DNA of 64,000 nt from Candidatus Nitrospinota bacterium M3_3B_026 (GCA_051418015.1 JBPRGF010000033.1:352001-416000), one strand, 5' to 3'; positions 38,338 through 50,086 are shown, numbered from the stretch's first letter. Numbers and translations are program-made. The notes: generated from the sequence alone by a model not told the origin.

Positions 38338-39200
38338 GGATAGCCGTCACCGGCTCGAACGGTCTGCTGGGAGGCGCCTTCAAGAGGAAAATCCCCGGCG
38401 CCGAGCCCGCCGCGCGGGTTTTCTGGCTCACCCGCGACGATCTCGACATAACCGGCAGGGACGCCTGCCTCCGCGTTATCGGCGGGCTGAAACCCGATGT
38501 CCTGATAAACTCCGCCGCCTACTCCGCCGTGGACAGGGCCGAGGCCGAGCCGGAGGCGGCCTACGCCGTGAACTCAGACGGCGCGGCGAACCTTGCCGAG
38601 GCGGCGGCCATGGCGGGCGCGAAGTTTGTCCATTTATCCACCGACTATGTCTTCGACGGCGAAAAGGGCGCGCCGTACATGGAGGACGACCCCCCCTCCC
38701 CTATCTGCGTCTATGGCGCGTCCAAAGCCGAGGGAGAAAAAAAGGCCCTCGGGAAAAATCCGGAGTCGCTCATCGTCCGCTCGGCCTGGCTGTACGGCCA
38801 CGACGGGCCGAACTTCGTCCTCGCCATGCTGAAAAAAGGACGCGAGTTGGGAGCGCTGAACGTCGTCCGCGACCAGACAGGATCTCCAACTTACGCCGAT
38901 GATCTGGCCGGGGCCGTCCTGACCCTCATCCGGCATGACGCGAAGGGAATCGTCCATGCGGCCAACTCCGGCTGGCTATCCTGGTACGAGCTTGCCGTGG
39001 AGGCTTTAAGAATCGAGGGCATGGACGATGTGAAAATCACGCCCGTGACCTCCGATGAATACAAAACCCCAGCCCGCCGCCCGAGGGACTCGCGCCTTGA
39101 CACGTCGCTTTACGAAAAGATCACAGGCTCGTCCCTGAGAAGCTGGAAGGACGCCCTGGCGGAGTTTTTGAAGGAGCGCAGAGCCTTTCGCGCAGGCTGA
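38334..39200 (+). CDS. rmlD: dTDP-4-dehydrorhamnose reductase
   Basis: TGSNGLLG, AAYSAVDRAE, STDYVFDG, YGASK, DQTGSPT, ARRP; ATGA overlap with rmlB. Confidence 0.94.
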   Translation: MRIAVTGSNGLLGGAFKRKIPGAEPAARVFWLTRDDLDITGRDACLRVIGGLKPDVLINSAAYSAVDRAEAEPEAAYAVNSDGAANLAEAAAMAGAKFVHLSTDYVFDGEKGAPYMEDDPPSPICVYGASKAEGEKKALGKNPESLIVRSAWLYGHDGPNFVLAMLKKGRELGALNVVRDQTGSPTYADDLAGAVLTLIRHDAKGIVHAANSGWLSWYELAVEALRIEGMDDVKITPVTSDEYKTPARRPRDSRLDTSLYEKITGSSLRSWKDALAEFLKERRAFRAG

Positions 39201-39279
39201 CGATCTCTCCTCCCCCGCGGAAGTTTTTCAGGAGAAAAACCCCGCGCTCCGCGTGGCATTGCGGAAGCTTTTCCAGTGT

Positions 39280-40041
39280 CTAGACTACCATCCTCCTTCG
39301 CGTGAGCCTTACCGCCGCCCATGCAAGAAGCGCGGCGGCGATAAGCAAAAACAGCGCCGACGCCGCCAGAACGCCGTTATCGGTTCCGTGGAAAAAGTGG
39401 CGAAGGAGGGCGACGGAATGCGTCGCGGGAAGCGTCATCGAAAACCATCGGACAGGCGCGGGGAAGCCGTCCAGCGGGAAAAAGACGCCGGACAGAAAGA
39501 ACATCGGCGCTATGAACATCGTGAAGAAATAGTTGAAGAACTCATAGCTCGGCGCCACGGCGGAGAAACACATCGCCGCGCCGCCGAAGACGAAGCCGGT
39601 CAGGACCACGACGGCGATTATCCCCAGAAGCCCCGAGCCCGGGACGTAAAGCCCGGCGATGGTCATGATGACGAGCATCATCCCGGCGGAGATCATCGCC
39701 TTCGTCGCGCCCCACAGCATCTCGCCGAACACGAGGTCCGAAAGCGAGACGGGAGTGGCCAGGATGGAGTCGTAGGTTCGCTGGGTTGTCATGCGGGTGA
39801 AGGCGCCGAAGGTCAGCTCGAAAGCGGCGGAGTACATGGCGCTGGTGACGATCAGGCCGGGGGCGATGTACTTTATGTAGCTCATGCCCTCCATCTCCTT
39901 TATGTATCCGCCGAGCCCCAGCCCCATAGCGAACAGGTAGAAGATCGGCTCGCCGATGTTGCCGATGAGGCTGGCCTTGATGTGCGTCCTGTGGACCGTG
40001 AAGTTCCGTCTCCACACGTGGAGCGCGCGGTGGCTTACCAT
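39280..40041 (-). CDS. ABC-2 permease, NodJ-like
   Basis: EP.FYLFAMG.GLG, YIAPGL, Q.TYDSILATP, PMFFLSGVFFP. Confidence 0.85.
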   Translation of the reverse strand: MVSHRALHVWRRNFTVHRTHIKASLIGNIGEPIFYLFAMGLGLGGYIKEMEGMSYIKYIAPGLIVTSAMYSAAFELTFGAFTRMTTQRTYDSILATPVSLSDLVFGEMLWGATKAMISAGMMLVIMTIAGLYVPGSGLLGIIAVVVLTGFVFGGAAMCFSAVAPSYEFFNYFFTMFIAPMFFLSGVFFPLDGFPAPVRWFSMTLPATHSVALLRHFFHGTDNGVLAASALFLLIAAALLAWAAVRLTRRRMVV

Positions 40042-40044
40042 CGG

Positions 40045-40968
40045 CTAACCTCCGCTCTTTAACTCATGGCCGGTCATCTTCAGGAAAAGGTCTTCGAGGG
40101 TGGCCCGCCGCGAAAAGATCCGGACGCCCTCGATCCGCCCCAGCCTCTCCCGCGCCGCCCGCGCCCCGGCCCCGAAAACCAGGAAAGTCTCCGGCGTCCT
40201 GGTGAAATCCAGCTCCATGGCCAAAAGCTCTCTTTCAACCCCCTTCTCCCCGCCAAAAGGCGCGGCGGCCTCGATCACCTCCTCGCCTATCACCTCCTCC
40301 ACCAGCGCCGCGGGGCGGCCCGTCAGCAGTATTTTCCCGCCGTCCATGATGCCCACCCGATCCAGCAGCCGCTCCGCCTCTTCCATGTAGTGGGTGGTGA
40401 GCAGCAGGGTCACCCCCTCGTTTCTGAGGCTTTCGAGCTTTTGCCATATGACGCGCCTTGCCTGCGGGTCAAGCCCCGTGGTGGGCTCGTCCAGGATGAG
40501 GATCCGCGGGTTGTTGATAAGGGCGCGGGCGATGGTGAGCCTTCTTTTCATGCCGCCGGAGAGCGCCCGTATGCGCGTTCCGCTTTTTTCCTCCAGGTGA
40601 AGAAACTCCAGAAGCTTGAAGGCTCTCGCCCTCGCCTCGCGCCGCGGGATGTCGAAGTATCCCGCGTAGACCTCCAGGTTCTCTATGACGGCAAGGTCGG
40701 TGTCCAGGTTGTCCTCCTGGGGGGCGACGCCAAGGATCGCCTTTATCCTCCTGTCGTCTTCTCCCGCCCGCATCCCATCCACGGTGATGGAGCCGGAGGT
40801 TACGGGGGAGACGCACTGGATCATCTTCATGACGGAGGTCTTCCCCGCGCCGTTTGGGCCGAGGAACCCAAAAAACTCCCCCCGCTCGACGGTGAAGCTG
40901 ACATCGTCCACGGCGGTCAGGCCGCCGTAGCGTTTTACGACGTTTTCGCCCTCTACTATCGGCGGCAA
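40045..40968 (-). CDS. ABC transporter ATP-binding protein, NodI-like
   Basis: GPNGAGKT, LSGGMKRRL, LDEPTTGLDPQAR, TTHYMEEAE. Confidence 0.9.
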   Translation of the reverse strand: MPPIVEGENVVKRYGGLTAVDDVSFTVERGEFFGFLGPNGAGKTSVMKMIQCVSPVTSGSITVDGMRAGEDDRRIKAILGVAPQEDNLDTDLAVIENLEVYAGYFDIPRREARARAFKLLEFLHLEEKSGTRIRALSGGMKRRLTIARALINNPRILILDEPTTGLDPQARRVIWQKLESLRNEGVTLLLTTHYMEEAERLLDRVGIMDGGKILLTGRPAALVEEVIGEEVIEAAAPFGGEKGVERELLAMELDFTRTPETFLVFGAGARAARERLGRIEGVRIFSRRATLEDLFLKMTGHELKSGG

Positions 40969-40970
40969 CT

Positions 40971-41624
40971 TCAGGCTTTCGGCTTGGGGACCTTCTCCCA
41001 GTCCGCCAGGAACCGCTCTATCCCTATGTCGGTCAACGGATGCTTCGCGAGCTGCTTTATGACGGCGAAGGGGATGGTGGCCACGTCCGCGCCCATCCGG
41101 GCCGCTTCGAGCACGTGCAGGGGGTTGCGGATGGAGGCGACGATCACCTCCGTCGAGAAGCCGTAGTTTGAGTATATCTCCAGTATCTGCCCCACGATCT
41201 CCATCCCCGTGTGGGCGATGTCGTCCAGCCTGCCGACGAAGGGTGAGACATAGGTCGCGCCCGCCTTGGCGGCGAGGATGGCCTGGTTGGGGGAAAAGAT
41301 CAGCGTCATGTTTGTTTTGATCCCCTCGCCGGACAGGACTTTCACGGCCTTGAGGCCCTCGGTGGTCATGGGTATCTTCACGACTATGTTGTCGTGTATC
41401 CCGGCGAGGCTTCTCGCCTCCTGTATCATGCCGTCCGCCTCCAGCGATATCGCCTCGGCGCTGATTGGGCCGTTGACCTCGGCCACTATCTCGGAGATGA
41501 CGGTCTGGAAATCCTTGCCCGTCTTGGAAACGAGGGAAGGGTTGGTGGTGACGCCGTCTATGACGCCCAGGGAGTTTGCCTCGCGTATCTCGTTTATGTC
41601 GGCGGTGTCGATAAAAATCTTCAT
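40971..41624 (-). CDS. fsa: Transaldolase / fructose-6-phosphate aldolase family
   Basis: [40 protein letters not shown]. Confidence 0.9.
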   Translation of the reverse strand: MKIFIDTADINEIREANSLGVIDGVTTNPSLVSKTGKDFQTVISEIVAEVNGPISAEAISLEADGMIQEARSLAGIHDNIVVKIPMTTEGLKAVKVLSGEGIKTNMTLIFSPNQAILAAKAGATYVSPFVGRLDDIAHTGMEIVGQILEIYSNYGFSTEVIVASIRNPLHVLEAARMGADVATIPFAVIKQLAKHPLTDIGIERFLADWEKVPKPKA

Positions 41625-41762
41625 CTGGAACGTCTCCCCAAAAAAACAGGGCCGCCCGGCGGGAGCCTCGAAAAAAATGGATGCGCTTTGTAAAGCCCCT
41701 ATTATATTGAAGGAGAGCCGCCGGTCAACGCCTTCAGCGGATTTTCCCCGGCCGGGGGCGGA

Positions 41763-42650
41763 TCAGTTCCTCGCGAAGACGGTCACCATGTCCCGGCCGC
41801 CGGCCTTGGAGGCGTAGAGGGCCGCGTCGGCGGCGCTTATGATCTCCTCGGCGCTGGCGCCGTCGCATGGGCACTCGGCTATCCCACCGCTGAAACCTAT
41901 CCTCACTCCACCGTTGCTGGAGACGCTCAACCCGTTGTTTTTCAACCCGGAGCGCAGCCTCTCCAGCGGCGTCACCGCGTTGTTCTTGTTCGTCTCGGGC
42001 AAGATCAGCAGAAACTCCTCGCCGCAAAACCGCCCCACCATGTCCAACGCCCGCAGGTTGCCCACCACGTACCGGGCCAGGCTCCGCAGGATCTTGTCGC
42101 CGACGACGTGGCCGTGGGCCTCGTTGACCCTTTTAAACTCATCGATGTCTATCATGGCCAGCGAGAAGGAGCGGTTGAACCTCAGGCTCCTGTTTATTTC
42201 GCTGTTGAGCCGCGCCTCGATGGCGCCACGGTTCAGAAGGCCCGTCAGCGTGTCCTTTACGGACTCGCGCTTGAGCCTGCCGACCCGTTTCAGGATCACC
42301 TTGATCCGGGCCAAAAGCTCGTCTATGACGAAAGGTTTTATGAGATAGTCGTCTCCGCCGAGCATGAAGCTCAACAGCTTTTCCTCCACGGAGTCGGTCG
42401 GGGATATGAATATCACGGGGATGTCCGACTGCGCCTCGGACCTCAGCTTGCGGCAGAACTCGTAGCCGGTCATGTCCGACATGGCCGCGTCGGCGATTAT
42501 TATCTCCGGCGGCGTCTCGTACAGCATCCGTAACGCCCTGTCGCCACTATCCATGGTCAGGGTGGAATATCCTGAAAAAACAAGACGCTCCTCAATGTGC
42601 GCCAGCAACGGCGCCTTGATCCCTACGAGAAATATCTTATGGCCGGCCAT
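41763..42650 (-). CDS. Receiver + GGDEF protein with variant CGEEF motif
   Basis: Receiver (DDYLIKPF); D.LTGLLN, DIDEFK.VN..GH, RALD, RFCGEEF. Confidence 0.88.
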   Translation of the reverse strand: MAGHKIFLVGIKAPLLAHIEERLVFSGYSTLTMDSGDRALRMLYETPPEIIIADAAMSDMTGYEFCRKLRSEAQSDIPVIFISPTDSVEEKLLSFMLGGDDYLIKPFVIDELLARIKVILKRVGRLKRESVKDTLTGLLNRGAIEARLNSEINRSLRFNRSFSLAMIDIDEFKRVNEAHGHVVGDKILRSLARYVVGNLRALDMVGRFCGEEFLLILPETNKNNAVTPLERLRSGLKNNGLSVSSNGGVRIGFSGGIAECPCDGASAEEIISAADAALYASKAGGRDMVTVFARN

Positions 42651-42866
42651 GTTTCCCCGCTCTTTATGTGGTTGGCTGTTCTCCCGCTGAAAACCCGTTG
42701 CATATAATTTGATCTTAATTAGCGCTAATTGTATCAGTTTTTGGTTAAAATGAAAGCCTTTTTTCGGTAATTATATACAATTGGCGCCAGTTAGTATAAA
42801 AAGATCGAAAATTTCAAGGGCCGACGGCCCCGGTGGGGAAATGGCGAGCCGGGCGGAACGGGGTTT

Positions 42867-43628
42867 TTATCTTACGGTGAGCCTCATTCCGTCCTCGCCC
42901 ACGACGATCTCGCCTTCGTAGCCCGCGGCGCGGACGGCGTCAGCCGCTATGGCGGTATCCACCTCGGGGTAGAAATGGGTCAGCGCCATTTTTTTCGCGC
43001 TGGACTCGGCGCCGACCCTGGCGGCCTCCGACGGCGTCAGGTGCCCTTCCATTCCACGCCCGTCCGGGCTCGAGCATTCGATCAGCAGCAGGTCCGCCTC
43101 CCTGGCAAGCTCCACGATCTCGCCGCAGTAGCCCGTGTCGCCTGAGTAGGCGAAGACGGGGCCGCCGTCTTTTTCGAACCGGTATCCCAGGGCGTTCGCC
43201 CCATGGGCCACCGGCAGGGAGCGGATAGACCCGCCGGGGATTTCAAGCGATGTCTCCCACATCTCCACTATCTTAACATCGTAATCGTCCGACAATATCC
43301 ACTGGCCGTAGACCTCCAGAAGCTTTTCGTAGACAACCTTGAAGCCTTCCGGCGCTATTATTTTCACGCCCCGCTTCTGGGCGGCCGGCTGGCAGTTTTT
43401 ATAGCTGAAAAGGTATGGCATAAGGTCCGAGCAGTGGTCCAGATGGTGGTGGGTGATAACAATCGCCTCGACGCTGAAGGGGTCTATCCCCGCCGCGGCC
43501 ATGCGGCCGAGCGCCCCCGGGCCAGGGTCGATCAGGAACCTGGACGGCCCGGCGGAAAGGAAGTAGCAGGCAGGCGTCCTGGACGGGCTGGGAGCGCACG
43601 TCCCCGTCCCCAGCAGCGCAAGCTCCAT
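42867..43628 (-). CDS. MBL-fold hydrolase, RNase Z-like
   Basis: LLGTG, THHHLDH, YSGDT, GHLT, LTHFYP. Confidence 0.85.
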   Translation of the reverse strand: MELALLGTGTCAPSPSRTPACYFLSAGPSRFLIDPGPGALGRMAAAGIDPFSVEAIVITHHHLDHCSDLMPYLFSYKNCQPAAQKRGVKIIAPEGFKVVYEKLLEVYGQWILSDDYDVKIVEMWETSLEIPGGSIRSLPVAHGANALGYRFEKDGGPVFAYSGDTGYCGEIVELAREADLLLIECSSPDGRGMEGHLTPSEAARVGAESSAKKMALTHFYPEVDTAIAADAVRAAGYEGEIVVGEDGMRLTVR

Positions 43629-44974
43629 CAGCGTCCCGCCAGGAGGCGCTCCAGGGAGCCTGTGTGGTAGCGGCCCGTCAAAAAATCCTCGGAGCCGATG
43701 ACGTCCAGGCTCAGGGGTATGGTGGTCTTGATCCCGGCGATGTGAAACTCCGACAGGGCCCTGTTCATCTTGGTCAGCGCTTCGTCCCTGTCTATGCCGT
43801 GGACTATGAGCTTGGCGATCAGCGAATCGTAGTACGGCAGAACGTCGCAGTCGTTGTAGAGGGCGGTGTCCACCCGCACCCCCGGCCCGCCGGGGATGTT
43901 CAGCCCCGTGACGCGCCCGGCGCAGGGCGCCCCCTTGTATGGGTCCTCCGCGTTAACCCTGCACTCGATGCTGTGGCCGTATATCTTGATGTCCTCCTGC
44001 CGGTACCGCAGGTTCTCGCCCGCGGCGATGCGTATCTGCTCCTTGACAAGGTCCAGCCCCGTCACGCATTCCGTCACCGTGTGCTCCACCTGTATCCTGG
44101 TGTTCATCTCGATGAAATAGAAGTCCCCCTCCTCCCTGTCGAGCAGAAACTCCACCGTGCCCAGGCTGTGATACCCTATGTGGCCGACGAGCTTTATGGC
44201 GCTTTCTTCCATCCGCTCCCTGACCCCGTCGTCGATCCCCGGCGCCGGGGCCTCCTCGATCAGCTTCTGGTGCCGGCGCTGGATGGAGCAGTCCCTCTCG
44301 CCCAGGTGGACGACCTCCCCGTGGGTGTCGGCCATCACCTGTATCTCTATGTGCTTGGGGTCTTTTATGTATTTTTCCAGGTAGATCCCAGGGTCGCCGA
44401 AAGCCGTCGCCGCCTCGGACCGGACAACGTCAAAAGCCGACCGCAGCTCCCTCTCCCCCCACAGGACCCGCATCCCGCGCCCGCCGCCGCCCGCCGCGGC
44501 TTTCAGCATCAGCGGGTAGCCTATTTCTTCCGCCACCGAGACGGCCTCGTCGAGCGTGTTGACGTTGCCCTTCGAGCCGGGGATCACCGGCACGCCGCAA
44601 TCCCGCGCCGTGGCCCGGGCCACGGACTTGTGGCCCATGTCATCGATATGCTTTGGGGCGGGGCCGATGAACGTGATGTTGCAGGACCTGCACACCTCGG
44701 CGAAGCTCGCGTTCTCCGCCAGGTATCCATAGCCGGGGTGTATGGCGTCCGCGTCGGTCACCTCCGCGGCGCTTATGATGGCCGGGACGTTCAGGTAGCT
44801 TTCGGAGCTTCGCGGACCGCCTATACAGACCGACTTGTCAGCGAAACGCACGTGCAGGGCGCGCTCGTCGGCCGTGGAATGGACGGCGACGGTCTCTATC
44901 CCCAGCTCCTTGCAGGCGCGGATCACCCTTATGGCTATCTCGCCGCGGTTGGCTATCAGTATTCTTTTGAACAT
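43628..44974 (-). CDS. accC: Biotin carboxylase
   Basis: LIANRGEIA, HPGYG, GGGGRGMR, ERDCSIQRRHQK, EMNTRIQVEH, YYDSLIAK. Confidence 0.95.
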   Translation of the reverse strand: MFKRILIANRGEIAIRVIRACKELGIETVAVHSTADERALHVRFADKSVCIGGPRSSESYLNVPAIISAAEVTDADAIHPGYGYLAENASFAEVCRSCNITFIGPAPKHIDDMGHKSVARATARDCGVPVIPGSKGNVNTLDEAVSVAEEIGYPLMLKAAAGGGGRGMRVLWGERELRSAFDVVRSEAATAFGDPGIYLEKYIKDPKHIEIQVMADTHGEVVHLGERDCSIQRRHQKLIEEAPAPGIDDGVRERMEESAIKLVGHIGYHSLGTVEFLLDREEGDFYFIEMNTRIQVEHTVTECVTGLDLVKEQIRIAAGENLRYRQEDIKIYGHSIECRVNAEDPYKGAPCAGRVTGLNIPGGPGVRVDTALYNDCDVLPYYDSLIAKLIVHGIDRDEALTKMNRALSEFHIAGIKTTIPLSLDVIGSEDFLTGRYHTGSLERLLAGR

Positions 44975-45018
44975 GGCGGGCGGGGGGCCTTTTCAGTCTT
45001 TGCGAAAAAGAGCGGCCC

Positions 45019-45462
45019 TCAGGCCGGCTCCACCTCGAAAAGCGGCTCGCCGAACTCCACCGGCTTGCCGTTTTCCGGGAATATCCTGACGACCTTCCCC
45101 GATATGTCGCTTTCTATCTCGTTCATGAGCTTCATGGCCTCTATTATGCAAAGGACGTCGCCTTTTCTCACGGTGTCCCCCTCGTCCACGAAGGGCGGAC
45201 TGGTCGGCGAAGGGGCGCGGTAGAACGTGCCCACCATGGGTGATTTTATGACGTGGCCTGATGGCTCCGCCTCGGCCTTCGCCTCCATGGCCGGCTCTGG
45301 CTCGCGGGCGGCCGGAGGGGGCGCTGGTTGCGCCTGCGGAACGAAGTGGATGTTTTCTCCCTTCTTCAGACGTACGCGCCATCCCTCCTGTTCAAGCTCC
45401 AGCTCGGACATCTCGCTGTTCTCGAACAGCTTTACAAGCTTTTTAAGCTCGGAAAGGTTCAT
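45019..45462 (-). CDS. accB: Biotin carboxyl carrier protein
   Basis: [18 protein letters not shown]. Confidence 0.95.
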   Translation of the reverse strand: MNLSELKKLVKLFENSEMSELELEQEGWRVRLKKGENIHFVPQAQPAPPPAAREPEPAMEAKAEAEPSGHVIKSPMVGTFYRAPSPTSPPFVDEGDTVRKGDVLCIIEAMKLMNEIESDISGKVVRIFPENGKPVEFGEPLFEVEPA

Positions 45463-45639
45463 GACTATCCCGTTTCGTGTTCGATTTTTCCAAATCCCCC
45501 GCCTCGGCGCGAAGGCGGCGTTATTTTAACTTTTATCGGGCGCGAATGGAAGCGAATCGGGATAATAAACCCTGATTCCCGGTTAATAGGTGGAGAAAAG
45601 TGAGTTGTCACGCTAACAGAGATTTTCTCGCTTTCACAT

Positions 45640-45725
45640 CCTCTCCCTCGACGGGGGAGGACTGAGGTGGGGGCGTTATTTAATTTTTTCTCCTCCCCTT
45701 TTTCCCCTCCCTCCGGGGGAGGGGA
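45640..45725. repeat. Two CCCTCCC/GGGAGG palindromic intergenic repeats
   Basis: CCTCTCCCTCGACGGGGGAGG (45640) and TCCCCTCCCTCCGGGGGAGGGGA (45703). Confidence 0.6.
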
Positions 45726-45866
45726 TGAGACGCTTATCCGGGAATCAGGAGATAATAAACGTTCAGACGGCTGATCCTCGGCGCGGAGCGGACGGCGTTG
45801 ACGCCCAGGGGCGCGAGGGGTAGAGTTTACGGACGAAACGGAAAACACGAAAGCCGGGAAAACGAT

Positions 45867-47390
45867 ATGGAAAAAAGACTTCTCCTGCTCATCCTCGACG
45901 GATGGGGAATCTCCGATAAAAAGGAATGGAACGCCATTGAAAAAGGCGACACGCCGGTCCTCGACAGGTTGAACAAAGAGAATCCGTATACGCTCGTCCA
46001 CGCCTCCGAAGAGGAGGTGGGCCTTCCCGCCGGGCAGATGGGCAACTCCGAGGTGGGGCATCTGAACATCGGCGCGGGACGCGTCGTATACCAGGATTTT
46101 TTGAGGATCACCAAGGCCATCGAGGACGGGGCCATATACGATAACGAGAAACTGAAGGGCGCGGCCATGAGGGCCGCAGAGAAAAACTCCGCCCTCCATT
46201 TCCTCGGCCTGCTCTCCGACGGCGGGGTCCACAGCCACATCGGCCACCTGGAGGCTTTGCTGGACCTGGCAAAGAGCGTCGGGGCCTCCAAGGTCTTCGT
46301 CCATGCCTTCATGGACGGCAGGGACACATCCCCCACCGCCGGGGTGAAATACATAAAACGTCTCGAGGGCCACATGAGCCGCGCCGGGGTGGGAGCGATC
46401 GCCACCGTCCAGGGAAGGTTCTACGCCATGGACCGCGACAGGCGCTGGGACAGGGTGGAGAAAGCCTACAACCTCATGGTCCGCGGCGAGGGCCACAGGT
46501 TCGAATCCGCCGTCGAGGCCGTCCGGTCGGGCTATGAGCACGGCGTGACCGACGAGTTCATCGAGCCGAGCGTGATAGTGGACGGCGACGGAGAGCCGAA
46601 GGGACTTATAGGAGACGGCGACGAGGTGATCATGTTCAACTTCCGCGCCGACAGGATGAGGCAGATCGTCCACGCCCTTTACGACCCGTCGTTCCACGAG
46701 TTCCGGCGCGATCCCCGGCCGGAAGTCAACGTGACCTGCCTGACTGAATACGACGCCACCTTCGGCCTGCCTGCGGCCTTCGAGCCCGCGGCGCCGAAAC
46801 GCGGCCTGGGGCAGGTCTTGTCGGAAAACAACGTCCCCCAGCTTCGGACGGCGGAGACGGAAAAATACGCCCACGTCACCTTCTTTTTCAACGGCGGCGT
46901 GGAGAAGCCATTCCAGGGCGAAAGCAGAAAGCTTATCGCATCGCCGCACGTCAGGACTTACGACCTGAAGCCGGAGATGAGCTGCCCGGAGGTCACGGAC
47001 ACGATCATAGCCGCCCTGAAGTCTGGAGAATACGGGGTGATAATCGCAAACCTGGCCAACGGCGACATGGTGGGGCACACCGGGGTGTGGGAGGCGGCCC
47101 TGAAAGCGGTCAACGTCGTCGACCAGAGCGTTGGCCGAGTCATAAAAGCGTGCGAAGAGACCGGGGTGGAGCTTTTAATCACGGCCGATCATGGCAACAT
47201 CGAAACGATGAAAGTGGACGGCGAACCCATGACGGCGCACACCACGAACCCCGTTCCCTTCTATTACATAGGCCCCGGCTCGTACAAAAAACGCGAAGGC
47301 GGCCGCCTTGCGGACATCGCGCCGACGATGCTGAAGCTTCTGGGCCTGCCCAAGCCGGACGACATGACCGGCGAGCCCCTGCTTGTCTGA
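45867..47390 (+). CDS. gpmI: 2,3-bisphosphoglycerate-independent phosphoglycerate mutase
   Basis: ILDGWG, QMGNSEVGH, SDGGVHSH, YAMDRD.RW, DMVGHTG, TADHGN. Confidence 0.96.
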   Translation: MEKRLLLLILDGWGISDKKEWNAIEKGDTPVLDRLNKENPYTLVHASEEEVGLPAGQMGNSEVGHLNIGAGRVVYQDFLRITKAIEDGAIYDNEKLKGAAMRAAEKNSALHFLGLLSDGGVHSHIGHLEALLDLAKSVGASKVFVHAFMDGRDTSPTAGVKYIKRLEGHMSRAGVGAIATVQGRFYAMDRDRRWDRVEKAYNLMVRGEGHRFESAVEAVRSGYEHGVTDEFIEPSVIVDGDGEPKGLIGDGDEVIMFNFRADRMRQIVHALYDPSFHEFRRDPRPEVNVTCLTEYDATFGLPAAFEPAAPKRGLGQVLSENNVPQLRTAETEKYAHVTFFFNGGVEKPFQGESRKLIASPHVRTYDLKPEMSCPEVTDTIIAALKSGEYGVIIANLANGDMVGHTGVWEAALKAVNVVDQSVGRVIKACEETGVELLITADHGNIETMKVDGEPMTAHTTNPVPFYYIGPGSYKKREGGRLADIAPTMLKLLGLPKPDDMTGEPLLV

Positions 47391-47432
47391 AAGCCATCGC
47401 CGCCTGGAGGCGGCGGGCGGCGGCCCCCTGCC

Positions 47433-48443
47433 CTACTCTTCCAGGAGCCCTTCGGCGATCTGGACAGCGTTCAGCGCGGCGCCTTTGCGGATGTTGTCCG
47501 CCACGACCCACATGTCCAGCCCGTTGGCGACGGTTTCGTCCTCCCGGATCCTCCCCACAAAGACGGGATCCTTGCCAGCTGCGTCGACAGGCGTCGGGTA
47601 TTTCAGCTCGTCGGGGTCGTCGATAACCTCCACGCCGGACGCTTTTGACAGAATCTTTCGCGCCTCGGCGGCGCTGATGGGCCGCTCGAACTCGACGTTC
47701 ACGGCCTCCCCGTGGCCGTAGAAGACCGGCACGCGGACGCAGGTCGCGGTGACCTTGATCGAGTCGTCCTCCATGATCTTTTTCGTCTCGTTGACCATTT
47801 TCAGCTCTTCCTTCGTACTCCCGCCTTCCATGAAGTCGTCGATGTGAGGCAGAAGGTTGAAGGCTATCTGGCGCGGATACGCCTTCGGCTCGATCTCCTT
47901 GAAGCTGAAGATGTCGCGGGTCTGGCTCGAAAGCTCCTCCATCGCCCCCTTGCCGGAGCCGGAGACGGACTGGTAGGTGCTTACCACCACCCGCCTGATC
48001 TTCGCCTCGTCATGGAGCGGTTTCAGCGCCACGACCATCTGGATCGTCGAGCAGTTGGGGTTGGCGATGATCCCGCTGTGATGGCGGATCATATGCGGGT
48101 TCACCTCCGGCACGACCAGCGGCACGTCGTATTCCATGCGGAACGCGCTGGAGTTGTCGATCACCACTGCGCCCGCGTCCACGGCCGACGGGGCGAACTC
48201 GCGGCTTCGCGCCGCCCCGGCGGAAAAGAGCGCTATGTCTATCCCCTCGAAGGAGTCATGGGAAAGCTCCTCTACGGTGTACTCATCGCCCTTTAACGTG
48301 ACCGAGGATCCCGCCGAGCGGCTCGACGCCAGCGGACGCAGAACGCCCACGGGGAAATTCCGCTGCTCCAGTATCCTTATCATCTCCTCGCCGACGGCGC
48401 CCGTGGCCCCGGCGACGGCGACGTTTACCAGGTTTTTTGTCAT
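47433..48443 (-). CDS. asd: Aspartate-semialdehyde dehydrogenase
   Basis: GATGAVG, DNSSAFRM, ANPNCSTIQ, YQSVSGSG, DNIRKGAALN. Confidence 0.96.
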   Translation of the reverse strand: MTKNLVNVAVAGATGAVGEEMIRILEQRNFPVGVLRPLASSRSAGSSVTLKGDEYTVEELSHDSFEGIDIALFSAGAARSREFAPSAVDAGAVVIDNSSAFRMEYDVPLVVPEVNPHMIRHHSGIIANPNCSTIQMVVALKPLHDEAKIRRVVVSTYQSVSGSGKGAMEELSSQTRDIFSFKEIEPKAYPRQIAFNLLPHIDDFMEGGSTKEELKMVNETKKIMEDDSIKVTATCVRVPVFYGHGEAVNVEFERPISAAEARKILSKASGVEVIDDPDELKYPTPVDAAGKDPVFVGRIREDETVANGLDMWVVADNIRKGAALNAVQIAEGLLEE

Positions 48444-48447
48444 GCGT

Positions 48448-49524
<1,077 letters not shown>

Positions 49525-49852
49525 CTTTAATATCCTCCCAAAAAGGAAAACAGTGTATCAGGTTGTCTCGAGCCGATGCAACGGTTATGGCGCGGAAGAA
49601 TATTATTGCGGAATAACCCTCGAAATAACAGCCAGATACTGCTTATTTTTAAGCCAATATATTATGCTATAAGATTTATTTGACTGAAATCATGGGCCTT
49701 AGCTTTCATTATTTACATTAATTTATCATAATTGTCTTATAGTTATATGCTTTGCTTAATTAACTGTATGTAATTTATCTTGACTTCTTTGGTCAATAGG
49801 CTATGCTGGGGATGTGGACATTTGATCACTTTTTATTTTTCATTAATGTTTT

Positions 49853-50086
49853 ATGAGAACGATGGCCAAAGAGATCAACCGGAAGAAGATGAAGGCCCCG
49901 AACAGGGTCAAGGAATACCGCGACAACCTGATGATGTCGAAAGCGGAGCTTGCCCGCAAGGCCGGCATTTCCGTGCAGACCCTGAACAGGATCGAGCGCG
50001 GCGAGGTCTGCCGTGTCGACACGCAGCGGAAAATCCTGGAAGCCCTGAACCTGAAGGTGGAGGAGAAGGACAAAATCTTCGGTTAG
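49853..50086 (+). CDS. Small XRE-family helix-turn-helix protein
   Basis: MSKAELARKAGISVQTLNRIERG. Confidence 0.85.
   Translation: MRTMAKEINRKKMKAPNRVKEYRDNLMMSKAELARKAGISVQTLNRIERGEVCRVDTQRKILEALNLKVEEKDKIFG

Noticed and set aside
39280..40968. Nodulation function for the NodI/NodJ-like genes
   Set aside because: Widespread ABC-2 family; no nodABC present.
49600..49850. Replication origin
   Set aside because: AT-rich, but no DnaA-box cluster and no dnaA/gidA context.
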